Shown one piece after another: positions 51,301-63,546 of a stretch of DNA of 64,000 bases (its first letter is position 1; each line of letters opens with the position of its first letter). A model generated the notes under the pieces. That model was not told the DNA's origin and searched no databases. It worked only from the letters and a program-made list of their open reading frames with translations. The stretch is from Amphiscolops sp. MND2022 (Eukaryota). The stretch spans positions 91,762,001 to 91,826,000 of the forward strand of contig OZ076409.1 of the NCBI GenBank assembly GCA_964187785.1, in the 5' to 3' direction. Position numbers and translations under genes: made by a program.

Positions 51301-53649
51301 TCGCGTCAAAAACTACCCTCAAATTCGTGGTGGTGCTGTCCGATTTCAGAACACAGTGATGTGGTAAGTAATAGCAACTTTTTGTCTCTAACTCTTTTTC
51401 AGGCACTTTTTCTAAATGACCTAAGTCAATGAATTCTCTCACAAAATTACTGTACTCTTCGTGTAATTTTTTGTTGCTCAGGAGTTTTTTCTCTAAGATT
51501 AGGAAACGTTTCATCGCAGCTGCTTTACTAAGGCCTAGTTTTTCAATTTTCTCGTTGAATGGCAATTCAACAACGAATCGGCCATTATCTCTGCGCTTTG
51601 TGGTTTGATCGAATTGAATTTCACAAACTTTCTCTTCGTTTGAGAGATGTTTTTTGTCGGGAACGCTTTCTAATTCTCAAAATTTTGAGATTAGGTCTTC
51701 AGTGCAGCTTGAAGATGCAGTCAGTGACGTATTGGCTAAAATTTGAAAACTGTTTTCCGATTCTGATTTTTGGACAGGTCCAGAAACAATCCATCCAAAG
51801 AGAGAATCACGTATGACGACACCATTGCCTTTAATTCGATTATCTAACATCACTTCTTCAAGCACATCAGCGCCTAGAAGAATGTCTATTTTACCTGGCA
51901 CTTTGAACGTGGGGTCTGCTAACTGCAGATGGTTGACATTACGCAATTGTGAAACATCAATTGATTTTGTAAGTATTTCGTTCGTAATTTTTGGAATTAC
52001 ATGGAGATTGGTCTCAACAACATCGTTGAGTTTCATTGCAATTAAGCCCAGAGATTTCTGCATTTTTGCAGCTCCGAGAGCAGCGATTGGTATTTGTGTT
52101 TTTTCAATTGGAAGCATAAGGGCCTTCGTCTTAGCCTCGGTTATAAAACTAGCTTGCGAGCCAGAAACTAGAAGTGCACGCATCGAGAATTTATTGCCAG
52201 CCTTATCACGAAGCGAAACGTAGGATGTTGACAACAAAACATTATTAAACGGCGAAGAATGGGAAGGAGAAGAATGCACTCGGCATTCTGTTGTTGCGTT
52301 GCAGTGACTAATTACAATAGTTTCGTGGTTTTTCTTTATTGTTTCAGTGCTAGCTGCATTTGACTGGATCGTTCTTTTAATCGATGAGTTTGCTTGCAAA
52401 CTATTGTCGCGATGCAAGAGAGTGTGGTGCTTCATTTTGCACTCTCTGCAGGTATACTTAGAGGTACATGCACCCACTCCATGACCAGATTGCAAACAAT
52501 TGAAACATAACTGTTTTGATCTAACGAGTTTTGTTCTATCAGAATTGACAGGCTTTTAAAATTCGGACACGCATGAATTTTATGAGGCTCAGAACACGAT
52601 TCGTCACAGACACTTACTGTTGAGAAAGATTGGATTCTACGGTCTTGCTTTGAATTGTTATCATTGCTCGTTTGGGCTTGGGAACATTTCTTAACATTAC
52701 CAAGTTCGAGAGCTCGACTTCGTGAATCTGAAAACTTCACGAGATCTTGCCACTGTAGAAGATCCGTGCCTGGATGGGCCAATTGCCATTGTTTTTTCGA
52801 TTCATTATCTAATTTTTCCGTAATCCAAAAAATCAACAATGAGTTCCACGCATGTGTTGGTTCGCCTAGTTCTTCTAGAGCTCTCAAGTGTTCGTTTGTT
52901 GTCTCTAGAATTTTGCGCAACCCTAGACCAGATTCACACTTCATGCTAGGTTGAGACCATATCACTTTCAAATGCGCCTGCACAATGCAACGCTTGTTTT
53001 CGTACCTATCTCGCAGGAGAGTCAAGGCGATTTCATAATTGGCATCTGTAATCATAAGCGAGCTTATAAATTTTGCAGCATCTCCCTTGAGACATGCTCG
53101 AAGGTAGTTCAACTTTTCTGACTTGGTTAATTGCATATTTGAATCTACGGATGCTCTGAAAAGATCTATGAATGAAGTCCATTCAGTGTAACAGCCTGTA
53201 AAACTTGGCAATTGTAGTTTTGGCAGTTTCATTTTACTGGTGGTAGTCCCTGAAGTGACGTCAGAAATCGAAGTTCTACGTGACAATGCTTTTTGTTTGT
53301 ATGTATTAATGAGTGACTCTAAACCAGCAATTGCAATACTGGCTTTTTCGTCGAAAAGAGCACTTGAATCAATTTCAGAACTCAACTCGTCCTCATCGTC
53401 TATCAAAAGTTCAGTTTCGGCATCATAACGATGTACTAAGTTCCATCGAATTTTTAAATTGGCTAGAAGAACTTCGGCTTCACAAAGTTGTTCCTCATTT
53501 ACTATCGATTGCGACAACATAAGATCAATTTTGGACTCCGATTTAGTGAAGGCACCTTTATGCCCGCCACGAATGCGAATTAGTTTCTTAACATCACTTT
53601 TGGGTTCGATGTTAGAACTAATTGTTTCATTTTCTGCCATTGTTATCAA
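48385..53649 (-). pseudogene. BEL/Pao gag-pol (DUF1759-type gag, three zinc knuckles, PR, RT, RNase H, IN), frameshifted
   Basis: KLPKLQLPSFTG, CRECKMKHHTLLH, ALLVSGSQ (catalytic D lost), LRVVFDAS, FHVDD, FCGAS (D lost), IPRLELCAA, NPADFASRG, DFGGPF, SDNATNF, PHFGGLLE, FWKRWHKEY. Confidence 0.95.
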
Positions 53650-53961
53650 GTGTTATTCCACCTTTTTTTTTCAAAAACAAATTGTGACAATGGGAAATCT
53701 TGGTTTTCCGGAAGAGCAAGTACCGATGCGTAGGTGAGAGAAAACGCTTTCTTTCAGTTCTAACTTGACGACAATCGAGTGAATAAACACTCAAGAAGTC
53801 ACCAAGAAGAAGAAGAAATCGAAGCGCAAGCTAAAGGACGCAACGTTAGCCTTATAGAACAAATTGAGATTGCACTCGACAACTATCGGGCGAGAAAACA
53901 CCCAAGAAGTCACCAAGTGCAATCTTACAAGCCTTTAGTGGCTGAACGACAAAAACTAACG

Positions 53962-54557
53962 CTATTTTTTCTTTGCGAGCCGTTTCCGTCGTTTTTGTGA
54001 TAGATTCTTCTTGGATTTTGATCGATTTCTCCTCAGAAGCCTATGGAGATTGTTTTGATGATGCAGAATGATTTGCAGGATATGAAGTTCAATGCGTTCC
54101 AATGGATGCAGTTTCCACCATTTTTGACTAAATTCAGCTGATCTCCTTTTTCGATTGGATAGCAAATGTTGTTTTGGACTGATTGTGATGTACGAGGCTT
54201 CAACCAGCTTTTTGTGGATGTTCAGGGTTCCAATTCTTTGATTGTAAATAATAGCAGTGATTTGTTCTCGAAAAGGCTCCAAAATTTTGATGAAGACGTC
54301 GGGTGAGCAGTTCCGATCGCCGTTACTCCTATGCGAGGATAGGGAATTGTTCACAAGATCGTGCCAAATAACGATTTTTTACAACTTTTCAGCCCTTTTT
54401 TGAGTAAATTTTGAAGTTGCTTGTTTGGGCATTTGGCTGTAGGGTGAAAACTCAATCCGGGCACTGCAAAGACTTTACCTTGAATGCTTTTGCGGATTGA
54501 AGTTGGGGCTTTGTCGATGGCTCTTCTCAAGGAGCTTGCTCCAATGACATAAACCAT
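53962..54557 (-). pseudogene. Extra ORF upstream of BEL gag: SGNH-hydrolase-like protein with basic C-terminus (~198 aa, one frameshift)
   Basis: Joining ORFs 54351-54593 and 53962-54354 across an A run near 54375 gives VYVIGASSLRR..VPGLSF..IVIWHDLVNN..KLHP..KRRKRLAKKK. Confidence 0.6.
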
Positions 54558-54571
54558 CCGAAAATGAAATA

Positions 54572-54713
54572 TATGGCAGACGCAAACGTCCAAACTACCA
54601 CAATTTTAGATCCCTTGACAATAAACTGTGGCCGACGCAAACGTCCAAACTACCACAGGACAAAGCTTTTGTATTTGTGAAGTGTGGCAGATGCAAACGT
54701 CCAAACTACCACA
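54572..54713 (-). promoter_or_regulatory. Three 31-nt stem-loop repeats with unique spacers in the BEL 5' leader
   Basis: Sense-strand TGTGGTAGTTTGGA(C)GTTTGC(G/A)TC(T/G)GCCA(C/T)A occurs three times, separated by unrelated ~24-25-nt spacers, between the PBS and the extra ORF. Confidence 0.75.
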
Positions 54714-57700
54714 ACGTTTGACAGAAAGTCCGGGTCGGCGCGGACCAAAAAATGTTCTCGCCGAAGCTCTTTGACCCTTTGGTCAACAATTCAATAAAAG
54801 AAATTGGCGGACCACTCTGGCATTCCAGAGAATAGAGATTCTACAAGAGAAAGAAGATTTCCAACAATTGGGTATTGGATAACTTTTTTGCAGTAAGACT
54901 GTTTTTGCACGAAGCGCTTGTTTCTCAATTTTCAATGCTCTGGCATTCCAGAAACAGAGAGGAGTGAACAACGTTTCTTCCTGGTAGCAGGAGGCAGTTT
55001 TTCAAATCAAATGAATCACTTTACCGCCACTGCGATTTTTGCAATGGTGTCACCAATTTAAAAAAAGTGGGAACAATCGTGAAGACTATGTGAGAGAAAC
55101 TAGTCTCAGCTGATGAATCATCATTCTCAATGAATTGATGCTTTAGTTTTCTGGAAAGATTTTATAAAAGAAAGAATAAATATTTCAAGAATTGCCGATA
55201 AGGAAGAAATAGGGTTCTCTTTCGAGGTAATTTATCTTTTTCGTGGTGTTACTTTTTCAACAAAACAAGATACTGTTGACGTGGCAAATTTGGGCATATC
55301 AGTGACGTACTGCAATTTTATTGGCTAACCGTAAAGAGTTTCCCTTAAATTTGCAATAAAAGCAATCATCAATAACATATCAGATAGCAAACAATCCATA
55401 AAATACAAGGAATAGCGATAATGTATCAGAAAGTAGCAATAAACTGGATATTAGGACATTTTTGACGAATTATTATCAATTTTGTAACATTTGAACATCA
55501 TTTCCAAAAATTCGAATAAAATCTGAAATTTAAAAATTTCGTTTCCAAGAAATATGTTCGTAACACCCCCCGTCTCGACTTTGTGAAGCTTTTTTCTCGA
55601 AAATTTTTAATGTCTCCAAAGGGGCCCCTTCATTTTTTGTTTTTTTTTCTTGCAGCAGAATAGATGTTTAAAAATCTCAAAGGGTTGCCCTTTTCACATT
55701 TTTCGGCACTTTGAGATCGTTCAAAATCCTCATTTTTCTTCTGATATTAGGTTTTCTCAATACATATGTACCAATAATTTTTCAATACTATCCGATTTTT
55801 TCTGAAACCAGCGTTTCTTCGGTAGTATGCGACTTTCTACCAATTTTAAAAAATCGAACTCCTACAATTTTTACTAGAAACCAAATGTTTTGCGAGCATA
55901 GATGACCTTTGGGTTTTCGGCACTATGCGACTTACCGAAGACACATGTTGAAAAAAATTCGAAAGTGTTTTCTCACCTTTTCGTTTTTTTGAGAGGTTTT
56001 CGGTTGAGCAAGTTGGGTTTTTGCTGTTTCCAGTCGGAAAAAAAGTAGCTTTCGAGTCTTATGCGTATCCCTTCGGGTATTTTTCGGCACTGTAAAATTG
56101 GTGAAATTTTAACAATAGTGTCTTTTTGCATACTTAAAAAACTCAACTTTTGGGAACTTTTTGAGTGGGGCGCAAACTTGGGTTGTTCCAGGCTTGTTTC
56201 TTATTTTACATGAAAAGAAAAGGCCATTGAATGGACACAAACTGAAACCGACCATGGCCACACAGAGAAAGATCGACACCGAAATATCCGGTCAAATCAC
56301 CAGTACAGCTACAGGTCTTATTGGGGGATGTTACATCATTGGCATCTAGAAGTCACATAAATAGAAGAAACCGTTGTTGACAAACAAACTCTAACAAACT
56401 GATGTCTGAACTATTTTTGGTTGATGCCCTATTGATTTTCAGTTGATATATTCATGTTGGTAGTGAATAGATTGTTAGCTAAATATGGCGTTTTACATAG
56501 AATAGAACAGCCTTTTTGTTATGTTGAAAACCTGCCATTCCGGTGTGCATCCCTGTTTCAACAGTCTTTGACTTCTATATTAAAGTTGCATCTCGGACTT
56601 TTACCGAAAAATTTGCATGAAATATTTTCCTATTAACCTCTCGTTCTTTATACCATTTTGATCCGATTGATTTGTAAGACTTGTTGCTCTGTGTGCATGT
56701 TTGCTAGCAAGTCATGAGCAACATTCTCGTCATCGCATTTTGGACTTTTAATGAAGTATCTTGTTTAGTTTTTATTGTTGTGGACATTCCTGTATTCTCA
56801 GATTTCTAATCTATAAGTCATAGGCGCCCGTGTGAAGGGGAGGTGAACAAAACCAACATTTCGACTCCCATGATATTTATTTATTTCGTGGAGTGTTCTA
56901 TTGAACTTCGCATGGTCGGCTACTTAATTAAGTGTCACCTTTGTTTTAATTCTGGGCGGTTTCCATCTCTCTCTGATTGTTTGATTACTTTTCTTTGAAG
57001 TTTTCGACGTAATAAAGTTTGCTGTGCAAATGGTCGACTTTAATTTTCCATTACACCATGTATTTTCACCCAGTTCGTGTTCGATGAACACTATTTGTAC
57101 AGTCGATCGGGCAATTTTGTTTGTTTTGTTTGTAATTTTCTAATTTATCATCGGAGCGGAAATTGGGGACATTCTTCGGATCAGTTCTGCCCAAAACATT
57201 GTAACCAGCGGGTACGTTTGCTCTCACTCTTAACCTCTACTGTTTTAGACTCCACAGCTCCACAAATGTTTCAGCCTATTTTTGCCCCAAGTTTGAAAAC
57301 TAGCTTGTTTATAATTAGCGATATTTTAGCAAAATACCCAACTTCTAGGGCCTGAAATTCGACCGGTTTTGCCTCAATGTAGAAACTGGATCTCCGTGAC
57401 TCATAATATACATGTATTTTTGTTTTACATGCCGATGTCAGGGACATTCTATATTGGATATTTTTGTGCCGATTGTTCTAATAGACCTCTGTCGCTATAG
57501 CTGTGTATCTATAGATAAGAGGTTATCAACTGAAGTACGCTAACTATCAAAGGTTACGCCTTTTGCATTTGTAAACCGTGAAACATATGTAAACCCGGTG
57601 TTCAAACAACAAAACTAACTTGTAAAAACAGATTATAACCACGGAGCTTCCCAGGCTGCAAATTGCCCGAGGAAATTATCAATTTCCTGAGCTGGTGTAA

Positions 57701-57802
57701 ACAGCATTTGTGGAGCTAATAGTGATAGTTCTCTGGATTTGCATTTTTCTCTATTTTTCTCTAGTTCGTACACTTCTCAGAAGCTTTGCTAAGTAGCCCA
57801 AA

Positions 57803-60800
57803 ATGAAGAGTTTGTTACCGATTGTGTCCGCTTTTGTCGTGGTCTTTTTGAGCCTGTCCGCCGTCTCTGGCAAAGACAAAGCGTACATGGCCCGAGTCAA
57901 CGACTGGACCATCATAGCCGACAAGCATCACAAGTGCACCGACAAGCTGAAGAACCTGTCTGCCGTTAGTTTTCAATGTTTTTCACATTTGAGATACTTT
58001 TGTTTCAATGCAAGTATTCGTTAACCATTTCACAACTTAAGGTTTATTTTTTCCCAGTAAAAATCTGTAACAATTATTCCAGTTTCGGATGTTTCAAAAG
58101 TTCTCTCGCTCGAATAACCCAGGTTTTCGATCTTTGCGAATCTGTGCAGATCTGCAGGATTTTTGCAGATCTTTGCAGATATGTGCAGATTCGAGAAAAA
58201 CTGACGTACTCAGAAATACAATAAAAACCACACAGAGATGTCAAACGAATATTAAAAGTGTTTAAAACTGGAGAGAAGTCTCATTTATGGCAAAATGATG
58301 AAACATTTTTCTGCAGCAATCTGTACAGATCTGTAGAGTTTTGCAGATCTTTACAGAGCCAAACAATTACTATAACGTATTCCAAGTCAACAGCAATTAC
58401 TAAAAATACTCCAACAAACTATGTTGCGGAAATATTACAAAAACAACTTTTCATCAACACATCGACCAACCCAGATGGTTGCCACATGTCAAATTTTATC
58501 GGCCAAAACGAAGTCAATAAGGCAAACGAGCCTCTTAAAGTTCATTAATCACTTCTGGAAAGTTCGAGTGAAATGGATAAATTACCGTGTTTTACCAAAA
58601 CTGCATTTTCTCCCGTCACAAAATTTTTCGTGATGGGGACAAATTTTCCTTCTCAAGACTTTTGAGTGATGGGGAGTTTCAACTGACTGACCCTAGGTCA
58701 GCTAAAATACTCGATAAAGTAGTTGAAGAAGTACAAAAATATAGTATATTGGTTCCTTAGAAGCTGCAGAAAAACATATTTCTGCAGAAATCTTTTTAAA
58801 AAATCTGCACACTTCTGTAAAGATCTTGCAGATCTGCACACTTCTGCAAAGATCTGTATGGATCTTCAAGATTCAGTGCCACGATCTTTGCAGAACCCTG
58901 CAGAAACAATCCTGCAGATCTGCACAGATTCGCAAAGATCGAAAACCTGGGAACTATCGGCGTTTTGAGGCAATATTTCTCACTTGTCTCAAAATGCCGA
59001 GATAAAGTTATTCGAGTGAACTTTTGAAGCATCTGAATTGAAAATTACTGTTACAGATTTTTACTAGAAAAAACTTATGAGTTCTCAAATGGTTAACGAA
59101 AACTCCCATTAAAACAAAAGTATCTCAGAAGATTCAATTTTAGATGAAGTAAAATGCCTGAAATCGTTTAATCTAATGTGAAGTTTTCTCGGTCCCTTTA
59201 AAACACACAAGGACGTCCATTTTCTTAGTATTTTCTCAACTTTTCCAAATAGGAAACTCGATTCTGTACTTGGAAGTATCATTTGGCAATCTGATGCAGG
59301 GCGACTTGAATTAAAATTCGGGATTTAAAAGTTTCATTTCGCCAGTTTTGGACGTTCTCGTCTGGAAAAACGAAAAATAGAAAGAGATGTAGGGAAAACT
59401 GTTCACTCAAAATTCCAAAATGTCATTCCAGAAAGAGAACTTTTGTGCTCGGAAGAGTTCAAGCCGGATATGCAGGATGGTTTCAGGAAGAGGATATTAA
59501 AAAATGAAGGGGGACCCTTTGGAGACATTAAAACATTTTCAAAAAAACTTCACAAAGCCGAAAAGGGTGCGGAGAAAGTCTTATAGCGCCGCAAAACTTG
59601 GAAAGGGGGACCTATCTGCTTTAGAATGATTTTTTAGAGGTTTTGGATACGTTCAAAATGAAGTACTAAGTATTTAAGGTAAACAGTGCATATTGCACAA
59701 AGAGTGGTACATACAGGATGAGGTTAAAAAAACTAGCAACTGTAATAGTCCGGCACTTTTCACTAGAAAAGCGCCGAGTAAAAACAGAACTAGGCAAAAG
59801 CAGAATGATCGTTGAAGTTCAAGCTCGTTGGTCTGATCTTTCATATTCATGCTCTAGCCACTTTTCATTTGTCTCTTTTTAAGGGTGTCGATAATCATAT
59901 TTTCAGTTTTTCTGGTCCATAATAAATTCCATTTCCGCCCTGAGTCCTATATTACATTCTAAATGAGGACCAACTTGTCTAGAAGTGCTTTCATTGCCGT
60001 CTAAGCTCAAGTTATTGTCAAAAAATTGAATTATATTCTTTCTCCGTGTCGTAGGCTACCGCGTGCGATAGCTTGCAGTACGAGGTTACCCCAGAAAGCA
60101 GCAATACTAGAGTGCCACCGGGAGTACTCCAGCTTTGAAAGAATATGGACCGCAGGTCCATTTGGCTACAACAAACATTTTACAGACCAGTAGTATCAAT
60201 TATGTTATATCATTTCATTCATTTTTGTTCCGACATTTTTCGTCATGTATTTAATCATATTCATAGGTTCGGTAAATAAGAACTACTGTTTGTGATTGTT
60301 GGAACTTTTAAAAAATGTAAAGTGCTGTAATAACTCTTATACTTTAGAGGAGGCTTACAGGAAACGCGGTCAAGTAAGGCCACACTCTAGTCGGTTGGGC
60401 GTGTTGTCCTTTAAAGCTATCAGCCAATCACTTTGCCCTAGTATCAAGTCTCTTGGACGACCAGACCATGACTTCAATTACACGCGCTGCCACGTTTTTA
60501 AATACATGTAAAACGATGCTTAATAGAATGATTGAACCGTGAGGCTCACTGCCTTCCCCCTCTTTTATCTCCTTGCATGTTTGGTTTTGATGTACTGCTT
60601 AGTTGCTGTTTTTAGCCTGAATTTGGGATATCGTAAAAAAGATGTTATCCCCTCAGGCCATGTCGCAAGGAAGCTATGTCGCAAGGAAGCCATGTCGCGA
60701 TGAAGCCATGTCGCAAGGAAGCTAGGTGAAATTAAAATGGATCTTAATTCACGGATTTTGAAAGCTAGAAACTCTGCAATAACAGAGAAAGTCTGTCCTT

Positions 60801-63546
60801 CCCTTCAAATTATACTTAGTGCGCAGGAAACAGCGTTAAATGCAAAAATGGACTTCGGTCCAATGGGCTTTACATGAGCTCCGAAGTAGAAAATTGCCGC
60901 AAGACTGGGGAAAAATGCCGTATTCAGTGAGTAGGCCGAGTTCACTGAGATGAAGCGAATGAGTGTTAATTATTCGTTTGCTGAGAGCTTTACCTGCGTT
61001 CAAATCCGAATGCGAAACTGTGTCTTCTACTCTTATTAGTTATATTTTCTTTAGTCTGAAAAGACTTACAAGTCCTCTCGGACTAGCGAAAATATAACTA
61101 CTAAGTGTAGACTCAGTAAAGGCGATGTAAACTGGTATAGTTTTTTTTATCGTGCGTCATATAATGATTGAACTTGAGTATATGGTTATTCTAGATATGC
61201 TTTTTTTATTGAACTAGAAAGGCTAAAGCACAAAATATGTGCCCCGCAGGTGTCTATGTATTAAAGTTCGGTTGCTGCCGTTTGTCATTTCTGTAATTTT
61301 GTTCACAAATCTTGCCACTGTTGCTTCCGTAAAGATTATTTGTCCTTGTCACAATTTGTTAAACTTCAACTTATGTTAACTACCCAGAGTTCCTAACGTC
61401 GCTCTTGGCTAATTCTTTGAAATTACAATTAACAACTTCAAAAAGTTCTGGTTTCCATAGTGCTGCTAGATTTTTCAAATGAACGAGACAGTACATGACT
61501 CCAATATTTTGTCTGCATCGTCAATGTTTTTTTTGGGAAATTTCGTCGTATTAGCAAATCCAAAAATCGTCGTCAGAAGTTTCATCGTCAGAGATTCCGT
61601 CGTATTTTTTAAAATTAACAAAACTAACAGCCTTCACTAAAAGATATCGTTTGAATTATTCAATTAATTAATTATTAAATTAAGGTTCTATAAACAAGTT
61701 TCATTTTAACACCTCCGTTAACACCAACATTTTTCAAGAACGTTATTACCGAAGACGGAATTCTGACGACAAAAGTTCCAACGACTTGACATCGCCAAGT
61801 GGATTATCGATATAATACCACATGAGGTATGAGTCCTTCTAAAAAAACATTAAAAATCGTGTCTCTTCAAAAATTTACAACAAATTCTGTGGAAAAATTA
61901 GTTCTTTCTTTCAACTCGAAGAATCATAAACTAAAAGTAATTGTGAGACGCTGTAACAAAGTTGCCCGAAGTAATTTTGGACGAATGTTTTTGGAAATAC
62001 AAAAAGGCTGGAAAACGGTTGTATTGTTATCGGTATTGTCAAAAGTTTAACAGAAAATTACAATTACATTCCGCGTGTGGTTCAATGTTACATAGTCGCC
62101 GGCATATCTATACACTAACTTGATTTAACCTAATTTGATATACCCAGTTGGTATTCAAAATACAAAGCCAAAATCAGCAGGAATTTCACTAATGGCCAAT
62201 ATCTTATCTTGTATTTGCTCTACATTCTCGACCTCAAAAGAATTCATTCTATCAGGTTTCGCTTTGATCGGTGGGTGGTACATTAGAGAAGATCCGTGTT
62301 ACGAGTTTGATCATCAATCAAATTAGAGTTCCCAACGAAAACCAGGATATAAATATTTATACACAAGTCAAATGAGTACACACATATGTAGTTAAACTGA
62401 TAATTGAAATCCAAAATTTTGTTTCATTCGGGTTAAAGAGAAGTTTCGATTTGGTCAAGGGCGATAGATCTTATAACGTCAATTTCTTCAAGTCGTGGTT
62501 GATTTCCTGTAGATCGATCCGTCATCATATACCATCATTGTTGTGACATTGTTGTAACACTTGCTATTGGTATAAAACCAAAAGATTTCAATTTCGATTG
62601 GTTTTCCCGATCCCGACGCTGAAAGAAACACACATCAAATGAAACATGTTTTTAGAAGCGCAGACAGCTTTAAAAACACAGGGGTTTCACGAACAAAAAA
62701 AAACACTTTTCCTACATCAATCTCTAGTAGAAGCAATTTTCATCACAGTTTCGCTGAAATCAATATTAACATTTTTTAACGAAAGAATTTTGAAACAGTT
62801 TTTTCCTTGACTACTTCTCAAAATCTAAAAAGCCGTCCAGTGGGTAAAATTTTGAGTGAAAAGTGGCAAGAATTAAGTTGTCATTGGCTGAACATTTCAT
62901 TGAAAAGTCAACAAAGTGTCTTATTTATTTAATTTTTGATTAGACTAGCCGAGAGTACCGAAACAGGAACTCGCGCTGTAGACTGATAACTATTAAACCG
63001 ATAATGAAATATGCTGAGTCGAAAAGCAGACTCGAGTTTTCTGATTGGTTGAAAAGTGTTCTTTCGAATCCGCTGGTTTCAATAACAATACTGGATGGCA
63101 ACGAATCAAAACAACCATTCTTGTCGGCCAAATGACGTGCCATTTCAATGCCTGTCGGCGTAACGCATCTTTTTCGTTTTCATAGTCCGGTCTTATGCCA
63201 TGAATAAAATCAACAATATCGAAGGAAAATTTAAGGAAAATTAGAATTAAGTTCTGATGTTCTGGTTTACATTCAAAAGCAAAAAGATTTTTTGTCTGCA
63301 GAAACGCAAGAACAGATTCAATCCGTTGAGAGCTAGCTAGACGTTTGATCAAAGCTTTGCGATGAACCGTTCTCAATTGATTTCATCGTTTCGTTTCAGC
63401 ATGACACGTTGGAGACTTTCCTGAAGAAGCACAACTGCTTTCTATCGTACTTGCAGTGCACGAGAGCTTTCACCAACCCCTATGTGGACACAGCTGGCTT
63501 CGGGCTCCAGTCTCTCAACGAGCAAGATGACACCTTCATGCTTGAA
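57803..63546 (+). CDS. 5' part of a secreted Cys-containing protein of unknown family; exon 1 57803-57964, exon 63400-63546, continues beyond window
   Basis: Signal-peptide-like MKSLLPIVSAFVVVFLSLSAVSG-K; phase-0 donor GTTAGT at 57965; phase-0 exon bounded by TTTCAG and GTAAGT (HDTLETFLKKHNCFLSYLQCTRAF..FMLE); GC-richer than the flanks. A possible small exon starts at 60055. Confidence 0.6.
57990..59127. mobile_element. Palindromic (foldback) MITE of ~300 bp split by an 834-bp insertion
   Basis: 57990-58117 is the imperfect reverse complement of ~59008-59127, and the centre 58952-59007 is itself palindromic. Confidence 0.75.
58118..58951. mobile_element. CMC/EnSpm-like MITE with CCCAG termini (834 bp)
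   Basis: Perfect TIRs of >40 bp (CCCAGGTTTTCGATCTTTGCGAATCTGTGCAGATCTGCAGG), subterminal TGCAGATCT repeats, apparent 2-bp TSD AA. Confidence 0.85.
59495..59784 (-). mobile_element. 5' part of a GTCGGCGC-family HINE-like element
   Basis: Minus strand starts TTTTACTCGGCGCTTTT with partial inverted repeat AAGTGCCGGACTA; body matches ~47340-47410 and ~55580-55630 inverted. Confidence 0.6.
60657..60723. repeat. 16-bp minisatellite, ~4 copies
   Basis: GCCATGTCGCAAGGAA repeated with minor variants. Confidence 0.9.

Larger units (their letters stand above)
47490..55565 (-). mobile_element. Full-length BEL/Pao LTR retrotransposon
   Basis: TG..CA LTRs 54753-55565 and 47490-48305; flanks CCTCC / CCCCC (TSD with 1 mismatch); PBS-like TGGTCCGCGCCGACCCGGA; PPT-like AAGGCGGGCGG. 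Inserted inside a GTCGGCGC-family repeat (~47320-56200). Confidence 0.96.

Noticed and set aside
54572..54713. True CRISPR array
   Set aside because: Only three repeats, inside a eukaryotic LTR element leader, with no cas genes; kept as a structured-leader finding.
61530..61800. MITE with CGTCGTCAGA / TCTGACGAC arms
   Set aside because: Inverted motifs are present, but I could not define termini or a TSD.
62940..63376. 127-aa minus-strand ORF as a nested gene
   Set aside because: No recognisable domain, non-ATG start and no splice support.
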